A DNA stretch of 64,000 bases from Bugula neritina. Its lineage: Eukaryota > Animalia > Bryozoa. The position numbers were made by a program, and so were the translations under genes. Location: assembly GCA_964035545.1 (NCBI GenBank), contig OZ037768.1, forward strand, positions 15,545,875 to 15,609,874, read 5' to 3'. The notes under the pieces were generated by a model that worked only from the letters and a program-made list of their open reading frames with translations, made no database searches and had not been told where the DNA came from. Each line of letters begins with the position of its first letter. Within the stretch, counting starts at the first letter, position 1. This document shows positions 1-15,000 of this stretch, piece after piece.

Positions 1-3000
1 CCAGTAGTGCTAAAACTAGAACAAGTGTGCTCAACAGTGCCCAATTGGGCTAAAACATGCCCAAATGTACTAAATTAAGCCAAATATGGTTATAGTACCA
101 ATAAGTGCTCAGAGGTTCTGAGACGTGCCCAATAGTGCTAATAGTAGAACTGCTGTGCTTAACAGTGCCCAGATTAGCTAACACATGCCCAAATGTACTA
201 AATTGAGCGAAATATGCTAATAGTACCAATAAGTGCCCAGAGGTTCTGAAATGTGCATAAGAGTGCTGATAGTAGAACTAGTGTGCTTAACAGTGCCCAA
301 ATCTGCTACAACATTCTCAAATGGGCTAAAACATGCCCAAATGTACTAAATTGAGCCAAATATGTTAATAGTACCAATAAGTGCCCAGAGGTTCTGAAAC
401 GTGGCCAAAAGTGCCAATAGTAGTTCTAGTGTGCTTAAAGATGCCCAAATGTCCTAAATTATGCCAAAATGTGCTAAATTGAGCCAAACATGCCTACAGT
501 ACCTATTAGTGCCCAGAATCTCTGAAACTAGCCGTATAATGCTAAAACTAAAACAAGTGTTCTCAACAGTGCCCAAATGTGCTAAAACATGCCCAAATGT
601 GCTAAAACATGCCCGAATACACTGACTTGAGCCGAATGAGCTAATAGTAGCAATAAATGCCCAGAGGTTCTGAAACGTGCCCAATAGCGCTAATAGTAGA
701 ACTAGTGTGCTCAACAGTGCCCAAATGGGCTAAAACATGCCAAAATGTACTAAATTGAGCCAAATATGCTAATAGTACCAATAAATGCCCAGAGGTTTTC
801 AAACGTGCCCCATAGTGCTGATATAGAACTAGTGTGCTTAACAGCGCCCAAATGTGCTCAAACGTGCCCAAATGTGCTAAAATGTGCCGAGTATACTAAT
901 CGCACCAACAACCGCCAAGAGGTTCTGAAACGTGCAAAATAATGCTAATAGTAGAACTGGTGTGCTTAACAGTGCCAAAATCTGCTAAAACATTCCCAAA
1001 TGGGCTAAAACATGCCCACATGTACTAAATTGAGCCAAACATGCTAATAGTACCAATAGGTGCCCAGAGGTTCTGAAACGTGCCCAATAGTGCTAATAGT
1101 AGAACTAGTGTGCTTAACAGTGCCCAAATGTCCTGAACATGCCAAAATGTGCTAAATTGAGCAAAACATGCTGATAGTACCTATTAGTGCCCAGAATTTC
1201 TGAAACGTGCCCGATAGTGCTAAAACTAGAGCAAGTGCGCTCAACAGTGCCCAAATTAGCTAAAACATGCCCAAATGTACTAAATTGAGCCTAATTGGGT
1301 AATAGTACCAATAAGTGCCCAGAGGTTCTGAATCGTGCCCAATAGTGCTAATAGTCGAACTAGTGTGCTTAACAGTGCCCAAATATCCTAAAACATTCCC
1401 CACTCTGCTAAAACATGCCGAAATGTACTAAATTGAGCCTAATTGGGTAATAGTACCAATAAGTGCCCAGAGGTTCTGAAAGGTGCCCAATAGTACTGAT
1501 AGTAGAACTTGTGCGCTTGACAGTGCACAAATGAGCTAAAACATTCCCAAATGTGCTAAATTGAGCTAAATATGTCAACAATACCAATAAGTGCCCATAG
1601 GTTCTGAAACGTGCCCAATAGTGCTGATAGTAGAACTGGTGTGCTTAACAGTGCCCAAATGTGCTAAAAGCTTTACCAATGTTTTAAAACATGCCAAAAT
1701 GTATTAAAGTTAGCCAATTATGCTAATAACACCAATACGTGCCAAGAGGTTCTGAATCGTGCCCAATAGTGCTGATAGTAGAACTACTGTGCTTAACAGT
1801 GCCCAAATCTGTTAAAACATTCCCAAATGGGCTAAAACATCCCCAAATTTACTAAATTGAGCCAAATATGCTAATAGTACTTATTTGTGCCCCGAAGTTC
1901 TGAATGTGCCCAGTAGTGCTAAAACTAGAACAAGTGTGCTCAACAGTGCCCAATTGGGCTAAAACATGCCCAAATGTACTAAATTAAGCCAAATATGGTT
2001 ATAGTACCAATAAGTGCTCAGAGGTTCTGAGACGTGCCCAATAGTGCTAATAGTAGAACTGCTGTGCTTAACAGTGCCCAGATTAGCTAACACATGCCCA
2101 AATGTACTAAATTGAGCGAAATATGCTAATAGTACCAATAAGTGCCCAGAGGTTCTGAAATGTGCATAAGAGTGCTGATAGTAGAACTAGTGTGCTTAAC
2201 AGTGCCCAAATCTGCTACAACATTCTCAAATGGGCTAAAACATGCCCAAATGTACTAAATTGAGCCAAATATGTTAATAGTACCAATAAGTGCCCAGAGG
2301 TTCTGAAACGTGGCCAATAGTGCCAATAGTAGTTCTAGTGTGCTTAAAGATGCCCAAATGTCCTAAATTATGCCAAAATGTGCTAAATTGAGCCAAACAT
2401 GCCTACAGTACCTATTAGTGCCCAGAATCTCTGAAACTAGCCGTATAATGCTAAAACTAAAACAAGTGTTCTCAACAGTGCCCAAATGTGCTAAAACATG
2501 CCCAAATGTGCTAAAACATGCCCGAATACACTGACTTGAGCCGAATGAGCTAATAGTAGCAATAAATGCCCAGAGGTTCTGAAACGTGCCCAATAGCGCT
2601 AATAGTAGAACTAGTGTGCTCAACAGTGCCCAAATGGGCTAAAACATGCCAAAATGTACTAAATTGAGCCAAATATGCTAATAGTACCAATAAATGCCCA
2701 GAGGTTTTCAAACGTGCCCCATAGTGCTGATATAGAACTAGTGTGCTTAACAGCGCCCAAATGTGCTCAAACGTGCCCAAATGTGCTAAAATGTGCCGAG
2801 TATACTAATCGCACCAACAACCGCCAAGAGGTTCTGAAACGTGCAAAATAATGCTAATAGTAGAACTGGTGTGCTTAACAGTGCCAAAATCTGCTAAAAC
2901 ATTCCCAAATGGGCTAAAACATGCCCACATGTACTAAATTGAGCCAAACATGCTAATAGTACCAATAGGTGCCCAGAGGTTCTGAAACGTGCCCAATAGT

Positions 3001-6000
3001 GCTAATAGTAGAACTAGTGTGCTTAAAAGTGCCCAAATGTCCTAAAACATGCCAAAATGTGCTAAATTGAGCCAAACATGCTTACAGTACCTATTAGTGC
3101 ATAGAAACTCTGAAACATGCCCAATAGTGCTAAAACTAGAGCAAGTGTGCTCAGCAGCGCCCAAATGTGCTCAAACGTGCCCAAATGTGCTAAAATAGGC
3201 TGAATATACTAATCGCACCAACAACCACCAAGAGGTTCTGAAACGTCACCAATAGTGCTAATAGTAAAACTAGTGTGCTTAAAAGTGCCCAAATTTCCTA
3301 AAACATGCCAAGATGTGCTAAATTGAGCCAAACATGCTTACAGTACCTATTAGTGCATAGAAATTCTGAAACGTGCCGTATAGTGCTAAAACTAGAACAA
3401 GTGTGCTCAACAGTGCCCAAATGTGCTAAAACATGCCCAAATGTGCTGAAACATGCCCAAATATACTAACTTGAGCCAAACGAGCTAATAGTGCCAATAA
3501 ATGCCCAGAGGGTCTGAAACGTGCCCAATAGCACTAATAGTAGAACTACTGTGCTTAGCAGTGCCAAAATCTCTTTTAAAGATGCCAAAACGTGCGAAAT
3601 TGAGCCAAATAAGCTAATAGTACCAATAAGTGCCCAGAGGTTCTGACACGTGCCCAATAATGCTAATAGTAGAACTGCTGTGCTTAACAGTGCCCAAAAG
3701 TGCTAAAACATTCCCAAATGGGCTAAAACATGCCCAAATTTACTAAATTGAGCCAAACATGCTAATAGTACCTATCTGTGCCCAGAAGTTTTGAACATGC
3801 CCAGTAGTGCTAAAACTAGAACAAGTGTGCTCAACAGTGCCCAATTGGGCTAAAACGTGCCCAAACGTACTAAATTGAGCGAAATATGATAATAGTACCA
3901 ATAAGTGCCCAGAGATTCTGAAATGTGCATAAGAATGCTGATAGTAGAACTACTGTGCTTAACAGTGCCCAAATCTGTTAAAACATTCCCAAATGGGCTA
4001 AAACATGCCCAAATTTACTAAATTGAGCCAAATATGCTAATGGTACTTTTTTGTGCCCCGAAGTTCTGAACGTGCCCAGTAGTGCTAAAACTAGAACAAG
4101 TGTGCTCAACAGTGCCCAATTGGGCTAAAACATGCCCAAATGTACTAAATTGAGCCAAATATGGTCATAGTACCAATAAGTGCCCAGAGGTTCTGAAACG
4201 TGGCCAATAGTGCCAATAGTAGTTCTAGTGTGCTTAAAGATGCCCAAATGTCCTAAAATATGCCAAAATGTGCTAAATTGAGCCAAACATGCTTACAGTA
4301 CCTATTAGTGCCCAGAAGTTCTGAAACTAGCCGTATAATGCTAAAACTAAAACAAGTGTTCTCAACAGTGCCCAAATGTGCTAAAACATGCCCAAATGTG
4401 CTAAAACATGCCCGAATACACTGACTTGAGCCGAATGAGCTAATAGTAGCAATAAATGCCCAGAGGTTCTGAAACGTGCCCAATAGCGCTAATAGTAGAA
4501 CAAGTGTGCTCAACAGTGCCCAAATGTCCTAAAACATGCACAAATGTGCTAAAACATGCCCAAATGTGTTAACTCGAACCAAATATACTAATAGTATCAT
4601 TAAGTGCATAGAGGTTCTGAAAGGTGCCCAATAGTGCTGATAGTAGAACTAGTGCGCTTGACAGCGCACAAATGTGCTAAAACATGCCCAAATGTGCTAA
4701 ATTGAGCTAAATATGCTAATATAACCAATAAGTGCCCAAAAGTTCTAAAATGGCCCAATAGTGCTATTAGTAGAACTAGTGTTCTTAACAGTGCCCAAAT
4801 GTCCTAAAACAATCCCCACTGTGCTACAACATGCCCAAATGTGCTAAATTTAGCCAAATACATTTATAGCACCAATAATCGCCCAGAGGTTCTGAATCGT
4901 GCCCAATAGTGCTAATAGTAGAACTAGTGTGCTTAACAGTGCCCAAATGTCCTGAACATGCCAAAATGTGCTAAATTGAGCAAAACATGCTGATAGTACC
5001 TATTAGTGCCCAGAATTTCTGAAACGTGCCCGATAGTGCTAAAACTAGAGCAAGTGTGCTCAACAGTGCCCAAATTAGCTAAAACATGCCCAAATGTACT
5101 AAATTGAGCCTAATTGGGTAATAGTACCAATAAGTGCCCAGAGGTTCTGAATCGTGCCCAATAGTGCTAATAGTCGAACTAGTGTGCTTAACAGTGCCCA
5201 AATATCCTGAAACATTCCCCACTCTGCTAAAACATGCCGAAATGTACTAAATTGAGCCTAATTGGGTAATAGTACCAATAAGTGCCCAGAGGTTCTGAAA
5301 GGTGCCCAATAGTACTGATAGTAGAACTTGTGCGCTTGACAGTGCACAAATGAGCTAAAACATTCCCAAATGTGCTAAATTGAGCTAAATATGTCAATAA
5401 TACCAATAAGTGCCCATAGGTTCTGAAACGTGCCCAATAGTGCTGATAGTAGAACTGGTGTGCTTAACAGTGCCCAAATGTGCTAAAAGCTTTACCAATG
5501 TTTTAAAACATGCCAAAATGTATTAAAGTTAGCCAATTATGCTAATAACACCAATACGTGCCAAGAGGTTCTGAATCATGCCCAATAGTGCTAAAAGTAG
5601 AACTAGTGTGCTTAACAGTGCCCAAATCTGCTAAAACGTTCCCAATTGGGCTAAAACATGCCCAAGGAAACTAGATTGATCCAAATATGCTAATATTACC
5701 GATAAGTGCCCAGAGGTTCTGATTTGGCCCAATAGTGCTAATAGTAGAATTAGTGTGCTTAACAGTGCCCAAATGTCCTAAAACATGCCCAACTGTCCTA
5801 AAACAAGCCCGAATGTACTGAAATGAGCCAAATCTGCTAATAGTACCAATAAATGCCCAGAGGTTCTGAAACGTGCCCAATAGTGCTAATAGTAGAACTA
5901 ATGTGCTTAACAGTGCTCAAATGTCTTAAAATATGCCAAAATATGCTAATTTGAGCAAAACATGCTGATAGTACCTATTAGTGCCCAGAAATTCTGAAAC

Positions 6001-9000
6001 TTGCCCAATAGTGCTAAAACTAGAACAATTGTGCTCAACAGTGCCCAAATTTGCTAAAACATTCCCAAATGTACTAAATTGAGCCAAATATGCTAATAGT
6101 ACCTATTAGTGCCCAGTAGTTCTGATACGGCCCAATAGTGCCAAAACTAGAACAAGTGTGCTTAACAGTGCCAAAACCTGCTAAAACATGCCCAAATGGG
6201 CTAAAATGAGCCAATTGTGCTAATAGTACCTATTAGTGCCCAGAAGTTCTGATACAGCACAATAGTGCGAAAACTAGAACAAGTGTGCTTAACAGTGCCA
6301 AAACCTGCTAAAACATGCCCAAATGTGCTAAAATGAGCCAATTGTGCTAAGAGTACCTATTACTGCCCAGAATTTCTGAAACGTGCCCGATAGTGCTAAA
6401 ACTAGAGCAAGTGTGCTCAACAGTGCCCAAATTAGCTAAAACATGCCCAAATGTACTAAATTGAGCCTAATAGGGTAATAGTACCAATAAGTGCCCAGAG
6501 GTTCTGAATCGTGCCCAATAGTGCTAATAGTCGAACTAGTGTGCTTAACAGTGCCCAAATATCCTGAAACATTCCCCACTCTGCTAAAACATGCCGAAAT
6601 GTACTAAATTGAGCCTAATTGGGTAATAGTACCAATAAGTGCCCAGAGGTTCTGAAAGGTGCCCAATAGTACTGATAGTAGAACTTGTGCGCTTGACAGT
6701 GCACAAATGAGCTAAAACATTCCCAAATGTGCTAAATTGAGCTAAATATGTCAATAATACCAATAAGTGCCCATAGGTTCTGAAACGTGCCCAATAGTGC
6801 TGATAGTAGAACTGGTGTGCTTAACAGTGCCCAAATGTGCTAAAAGCTTTACCAATGTTTTAAAACATGCCAAAATGTATTAAAGTTAGCCAATTATGCT
6901 AATAACACCAATACGTGCCAAGAGGTTCTGAATCGTGCCCAATAGTGCTAAAAGTAGAACTAGTGTGCTTAACAGTGCCCAAATCTGCTAAAACATGCCC
7001 AAATGTGCTAAAACATGCCCGAATACACTGACTTGAGCCGAATGAGCTAATAGTAGCAATAAATGCCCAGAGGTTCTGAAACGTGCCCAATAGCGCTAAT
7101 AGTAGAACTAGTGTGCTCAACAGTGCCCAAATGGGCTAAAACATGCCAAAATGTACTAAATTGAGCCAAATATGCTAATAGTACCAATAAATGCCCAGAG
7201 GTTTTCAAACGTGCCCCATAGTGCTGATATAGAACTAGTGTGCTTAACAGCGCCCAAATGTGCTCAAACGTGCCCAAATGTGCTAAAATGTGCCGAGTAT
7301 ACTAATCGCACCAACAACCGCCAAGAGGTTCTGAAACGTGCAAAATAATGCTAATAGTAGAACTGGTGTGCTTAACAGTGCCAAAATCTGCTAAAACATT
7401 CCCAAATGGGCTAAAACATGCCCACATGTACTAAATTGAGCCAAACATGCTAATAGTACCAATAGGTGCCCAGAGGTTCTGAAACGTGCCCAATAGTGCT
7501 AATAGTAGAACTAGTGTGCTTAAAAGTGCCCAAATGTCCTAAAACATGCCAAAATGTGCTAAATTGAGCCAAACATGCTTACAGTACCTATTAGTGCATA
7601 GAAACTCTGAAACATGCCCAATAGTGCTAAAACTAGAGCAAGTGTGCTCAGCAGCGCCCAAATGTGCTCAAACGTGCCCAAATGTGCTAAAATGGGCTGA
7701 ATATACTAATCGCACCAACAACCACCAAGAGGTTCTGAAACGTCACCAATAGTGCTAATAGTAAAACTAGTGTGCTTAAAAGTGCCCAAATTTCCTAAAA
7801 CATGCCAAGATGTGCTAAATTGAGCCAAACATGCTTACAGTACCTATTAGTGCATAGAAATTCTGAAACGTGCCGTATAGTGCTAAAACTAGAACAAGTG
7901 TGCTCAACAGTGCCCAAATGTGCTAAAACATGCCCAAATGTGCTGAAACATGCCCAAATATACTAACTTGAGCCAAACGAGCTAATAGTGCCAATAAATG
8001 CCCAGAGGGTCTGAAACGTGCCCAATAGCACTAATAGTAGAACTACTGTGCTTAGCAGTGCCAAAATCTCCTTTAAAGATGCCAAAACGTGCGAAATTGA
8101 GCCAAATAAGCTAATAGTACCAATAAGTGCCCAGAGGTTCTGACACGTGCCCAATAATGCTAATAGTAGAACTGCTGTGCTTAACAGTGCCCAAAAGTGC
8201 TAAAACATTCCCAAATGGGCTAAAACATGCCCAAATTTACTAAATTGAGCCAAACATGCTAATAGTACCTATCTGTGCCCAGAAGTTTTGAACATGCCCA
8301 GTAGTGCTAAAACTAGAACAAGTGTGCTCAACAGTGCCCAATTGGGCTAAAACGTGCCCAAACGTACTAAATTGAGCGAAATATGATAATAGTACCAATA
8401 AGTGCCCAGAGATTCTGAAATGTGCATAAGAATGCTGATAGTAGAACTACTGTGCTTAACAGTGCCCAAATCTGTTGAAACATTCCCAAATGGGCTAAAA
8501 CATGCCCAAATTTACTAAATTGAGCCAAATATGCTAATGGTACTTTTTTGTGCCCCGAAGTTCTGAACGTGCCCAATAGCGCTAATAGTAGAACAAGTGT
8601 GCTCAACAGTGCCCAATTGGGCTAAAACATGCCCAAATGTACTAAATTGAGCCAAATATGGTCATAGTACCAATAAGTGCCCAGAGGTTCTGAAACGTGG
8701 CCAATAGTGCCAATAGTAGTTCTAGTGTGCTTAAAGATGCCCAAATGTCCTAAAATATGCCAAAATGTGCTAAATTGAGCCAAACATGCTTACAGTACCT
8801 ATTAGTGCCCAGAAGTTCTGAAACTAGCCGTATAATGCTAAAACTAAAACAAGTGTTCTCAACAGTGCCCAAATGTGCTAAAACATGCCCAAATGTGCTA
8901 AAACATGCCCGAATACACTGACTTGAGCCGAATGAGCTAATAGTAGCAATAAATGCCCAGAGGTTCTGAAACGTGCCCAATAGCGCTAATAGTAGAACAA

Positions 9001-12000
9001 GTGTGCTCAACAGTGCCCAAATGTCCTAAAACATGCACAAATGTGCTAAAACATGCCCAAATGTGTTAACTCGAACCAAATATACTAATAGTATCATTAA
9101 GTGCATAGAGGTTCTGAAAGGTGCCCAATAGTGCTGATAGTAGAACTAATGCGCTTGACAGCGCACAAATGTGCTAAAACATGCCCAAATGTGCTAAATT
9201 GAGCTAAATATGCTAATATAACCAATAAGTGCCCAAAAGTTCTAAAATGGCCCAATAGTGCTATTAGTAGAACTAGTGTTCTTAACAGTGCCCAAATGTC
9301 CTAAAACAATCCCCACTGTGCTACAACATGCCCAAATGTGCTAAATTTAGCCAAATACATTTATAGCACCAATAATCGCCCAGAGGTTCTGAATCGTGCC
9401 CAATAGTGCTAATAGTAGAACTAGTGTGCTTAACAGTGCCCAAATGGGCTAAAACATGCCAAAATGTACTAAATTGAGCCAAATATGCTAATAGTACCAA
9501 TAAATGCCCAGAAATTCTGAAACTTGCCCAATAGTGCTAAAACTAGAACAATTGTGCTCAACAGTGCCCAAATTTGCTAAAACATTCCCAAATGTACTAA
9601 ATTGAGCCAAATATGCTAATAGTACCTATTAGTGCCCAGTAGTTCTGATACGGCCCAATAGTGCCAAAACTAGAACAAGTGTGCTTAACAGTGCCAAAAC
9701 CTGCTAAAACATGCCCAAATGGGCTAAAATGAGCCAATTGTGCTAATAGTACCTATTAGTGCCCAGAAGTTCTGATACAGCACAATAGTGCGAAAACTAG
9801 AACAAGTGTGCTTAACAGTGCCAAAACCTGCTAAAACATGCCCAAATGTGCTAAAATGAGCCAATTGTGCTAAGAGTACCTATTACTGCCCAGAATTTCT
9901 GAAACGTGCCCGATAGTGCTAAAACTAGAGCAAGTGTGCTCAACAGTGCCCAAATTAGCTAAAACATGCCCAAATGTACTAAATTGAGCCTAATAGGGTA
10001 ATAGTACCAATAAGTGCCCAGAGGTTCTGAATCGTGCCCAATAGTGCTAATAGTCGAACTAGTGTGCTTAACAGTGCCCAAATATCCTGAAACATTCCCC
10101 ACTCTGCTAAAACATGCCGAAATGTACTAAATTGAGCCTAATTGGGTAATAGTACCAATAAGTGCCCAGAGGTTCTGAAAGGTGCCCAATAGTACTGATA
10201 GTAGAACTTGTGCGCTTGACAGTGCACAAATGAGCTAAAACATTCCCAAATGTGCTAAATTGAGCTAAATATGTCAATAATACCAATAAGTGCCCATAGG
10301 TTTTGAAACGTGCCCAATAGTGCTGATAGTAGAACTGGTGTGCTTAACAGTGCCCAAATGTGCTACAAGCTTTACCAATGTTTTAAAACATGCCAAAATG
10401 TATTAAAGTTAGCCAATTATGCTAATAACACCAATACGTGCCAAGAGGTTCTGAATCGTGCCCAATAGTGCTAAAAGTAGAACTAGTGTGCTTAACAGTG
10501 CCCAAATCTGCTAAAACGTTCCCAATTGGGCTAAAACATGCCCAAGGAAACTAGATTGATCCAAATATGCTAATATTACCGATAAGTGCCCAGAGGTTCT
10601 GATTTGGCCCAATGGTGCTAATAGTAGAATTAGTGTGCTTAACAGTGCCCAAATGTCCTAAAACATGCCCAAATGTCCTAAAACAAGCCCGAATGTACTG
10701 AAATGAGCCAAATCTGCTAATAGTACCAATAAATGCCCAGAGGTTCTGAAACGTGCCCAATAGTGCTAATAGTAGAACTAATGTGCTTAACAGTGCTCAA
10801 ATGTCTTAAAATATGCCAAAATATGCTAATTTGAGCAAAACATGCTGATAGTACCTATTAGTGCCCAGAAATTCTGAAACTTGCCCAATAGTGCTAAAAC
10901 TAGAACAATTGTGCTCAACAGTGCCCAAATTTGCTAAAACATTCCCAAATGTACTAAATTGAGCCAAATATGCTAATAGTACCTATTAGTGCCCAGTAGT
11001 TCTGATACGGCCCAATAGTGCCAAAACTAGAACAAGTGTGCTTAACAGTGCCAAAACCTGCTAAAACATGCCCAAATGTGCTAAAATGAGCCAATTGTGC
11101 TAATAGTACCTATTAGTGCCCAGAAGTTCTGATACAGCACAATAGTGCGAAAACTAGAACAAGTGTGCTTAACAGTGCCAAAACCTGCTAAAACATGCCC
11201 AAATGTGCTAAAATGAGCCAATTGTGCTAAGAGTACCTATTACTGCCCAGAAGTTCTGAAACATGCCCAGTAGTGCTGAAACTAGAACAAGTGTGCTCAA
11301 CAGTGCCCAATTGGGGTAAAACGTGCCCAAATGTACTAAATTGAGCGAAATATGGTAATAGTACCAATAAGTGCCCAGAGGTTCTGAAGTGTGCATAAGA
11401 GTGCTGATAGTAGAACTAGTGTGCTTAACAGTGCCCAAATGGGTTAAAACATTCCCAAATGGGCTAAAACATGCCCAAATGTACTAACTTGAGCCAAATG
11501 AGCTAATAGTACCAATAAATGCCCAGAGGTTCTGACATGTGCCCAATAGTGCTAATAGTAGAACTGCTGTGCTTAACAGTGCCCAAATGTGCTAAAACCT
11601 TCCCAAATGTACTAAATTGAGCCAAATATGCTAATAGTACCAATAAGTGCCCAGAGATTCTGAAACGTGCCCAATAGTGCTAAAACTAGAGCAAGTGTGC
11701 TCAACAGTGCCCAAATTAGCTAAAACATGCCCAAATGTACTAAAACATGCCCGAACAGACTGACTTGAGCCGAATGAGCTAAGAGTACCAATAAATGCCC
11801 AGAGGTTCTGAAACGTGCCCAATAGCGCTAATAGTAGAACAAGTGTGCTCAACAGTGCCCAAATGGGCTGAAACACGCCCAAATGTACTAAATTGAGCCA
11901 AATATACTAATAGTACCAATAAGTGCCAAGAGGTTCTGAAATGTGCATAAGAGTGCTGATAGTAGAACTAGTGTGCTTAACAGTGCCCAAATCTGCTAAA

Positions 12001-15000
12001 ACATCCCCAAATGGGCTAAAACATGCCCAAATGTACTAAATTGAGCCAAATACACTAATAGCACCAATAAGCGCCCAGAGGTTCTAAAACGTGCCCAATA
12101 GTGCTGATAGTAGAACTAGTGTGCTTAAAAGTGCCCAAATGTCCTAAAACATGCCAAAATGTGCTAAATTGAGCCAAACATGCTTACAGTACCTATTAGT
12201 GCATAGAAACTCTGAAACATGCCCAATAGTGCTAAAACTAGAGCAAGTGTGCTCAACAGCGCCCACATGTGCTCAAACGTGCCCAAATGTGCTAAAATGG
12301 GCTGAATATACTAATCGCACCAACAACCGCCAAGAGGTTCTGAAACGTCACCAATAGTGCTAATAGTAAAACTAGTGTGCTTAAAAGTGCCCAAATTTCC
12401 TAAAACATGCCAAGATGTGCTAAATTGAGCCAAACATGCTTACAGTACCTATTAGTGCATAGAAATTCTGAAACGTGCCGTATAGTGCTAAAACTAGAAC
12501 AAGTGTGCTCAACAGTGCCCAAATGTGCTAAAACATGCCCAAATGTGCTAAATTGAGCCAAATATACTAATCGCACCAACAACCGCCAAGAGGTTCTGAA
12601 ACGTGCCCAATAATGCTAATAGTAGAACTAGTGTGCTTAACAGTGCCCAAATGTCCTGAACATGCCAAAATGTGCTAAATTGAGCAAAACATGCTGATAG
12701 TACCTATTAGTGCCCAGAATTTCTGAAGCGTGCCCGATAGTGCTGATAGTAGAACTAGTGTGCTTAACAGTGCCCAAATCTGCTAAAACATTCCCAAATG
12801 GGCTAAAACATGCCCACATGTACTAAATTGAGCCAAACATGCTAATAGTACCAATAGGTGCCCAGAGGTTCTGAAACGTGCCCAATAGTGCTAATAGTAA
12901 AACTAGTGTGCTTAAAAGTGCCCAAATTTCGTAAAACATGCCAAGATGTGCTAAATTGAGCCAAACATGCTTACAGTACCTATTAGTGCATAGAAATTCT
13001 GAAACATGCCGTATAGTGCTAAAACTAGAACAAGTGTGCTCAACAGTGCCCAAATGTGCTAAAACATGCCCAAATGTGCTGAAACATGCCCAAATATACT
13101 AACTCGAGCCAAACGAGCTAATAGTGCCAATAAATGCCCAGAGGGTCTGAAACGTGCCCAATAGCACTAATAGTAGAACTACTGTGCTTAGCAGTGCCCA
13201 AATCTCCTAAAAGATGCCAAAACGTGCGAAATTGAGCCAAATAGGCTAATAGTACCAATAAGTGCCCAGAGGTTCTGACACGTGCCCAATAATGCTAATA
13301 GTAGAACTGCTGTGCTTAACAGTGCCCAAAAGTGCTAAAACATTCCCAAATGGGCTATAACATGCCCAAATTTACTAAATTGAGCCAAACATGCTAATAG
13401 TACCTATTTGTGCCCAGAAGTTTTGAACATGCCCAGTAGTGCTAAAACTAGAACAAGTGTGCTCAACAGTGCCCAATTGGGCTAAAACGTGCCCAAACGA
13501 ACTAAATTGAGCGAAATATGATAATAGTACCAATAAGTGCCCAGAGATTCTGAAATGTGCATAAGAATGCTGATAGTAGAACTACTGTGCTTAACAGTAC
13601 CCAAATCTGTTAAAACATTCCCAAATGGGCTAAAACATGCCCAAATTTACTAAATTGAGCCAAATATGCTAATGGTACTTTTTTGTGCCCCGAAGTTCTG
13701 AACGTGCCCAGTAGTGCTAAAACTAGAACAAGTGTGCTCAACAGTGCCCAATTGGGTTAAAACATGCCCAAATGTACTAAATTGAGCCAAATATGTTAAT
13801 AGTACCAATAAGTGCCCAGAGGTTCTGAAACGTGGCCAATAGTGCCAATAGTAGTTCTAGTGTGCTTAAAGATGCCCAAATGTCCTAAAATATGCCAAAA
13901 TGTGCTAAATTGAGCCAAACATGCTTACAGTACCATTTAGTGCCCAGAAACTCTGAAACTAGCCGTATGATGCTAAAACTAAAACAAGTGTTCTCAACAG
14001 TGCCCAAATGTGCTAAAACATGCCCAAATGTGCTAAAACATGCCCGAATACACTGACTTGAGCCGAATGAGCTAATAGTAGCAATAAATGCCCAGAGGTT
14101 CCGAAACGTGCCCAATAGCGCTAATAGTAGAACAAGTGTGCTCAACAGTGCCCAAATGTCCTAAAACATGCACAAATGTGCTAAAACATGCCCAAATGTG
14201 CTAAATTGAGCTAAATATGCTAATATAACCAATAAGTGCCCAAAAGTTCTAAAATGGCCCAATAGTGCTATTAGTAGAACTAGTGTTCTTAACAGTGCCC
14301 AAATGTCCTAAAACAATCCCCACTGTGCTAAAACATGCCCAAATGTGCTAACTTTAGCCAAATACATTTATAGCACCAATAATCGCCCAGAGGTTCTGAA
14401 TCGTGCCCAATAGTGCTAATAGTAGAACTAGTGTGCTTAACAGTGCCCAAATGTCCTGAACATGCCAAAACGTGCTAAATTGAGCAAAACATGCTGATAG
14501 TACCTATTAGTGCCCAGAATTTCTGAAACGTGCCCGATAGTGCTAAAACTAGAGCAAGTGTGCTCAACAGTGCCCAAATTAGCTAAAACATGCCCAAATG
14601 TACTAAATTGAGCCTAATTGGGTAATAGTACCAATAAGTGCTAAGAGGTTCTGAAATGTGCATAAGAGTGCTGATAGTAGAACTAGTGTGCTTAACAGTG
14701 CCCAAATCTGCTAAAACATTCCCAAATGGGCTAAAACATGCCCAAATGTACTAAATTGAGCCAAATACACTAACAGCACCAATAAGCGCCCAGAGGTTCT
14801 AAAACGTGCCCAATAGTGCTGATAGTAGAACAAGTGTGCTTAACAGCGCCCAAATGTGCTCAAACGTGCCCAAATGTGCTAAAATGGGCCGAATATACTA
14901 ATCGCACCAACAACCGCCAAGAGGTTCTGAAATGTGCATAAGAATGCTGATAGTAGAACTAGTGTGCTTAAAAGTGCCCAAATTTCCTAAAACATGCCAA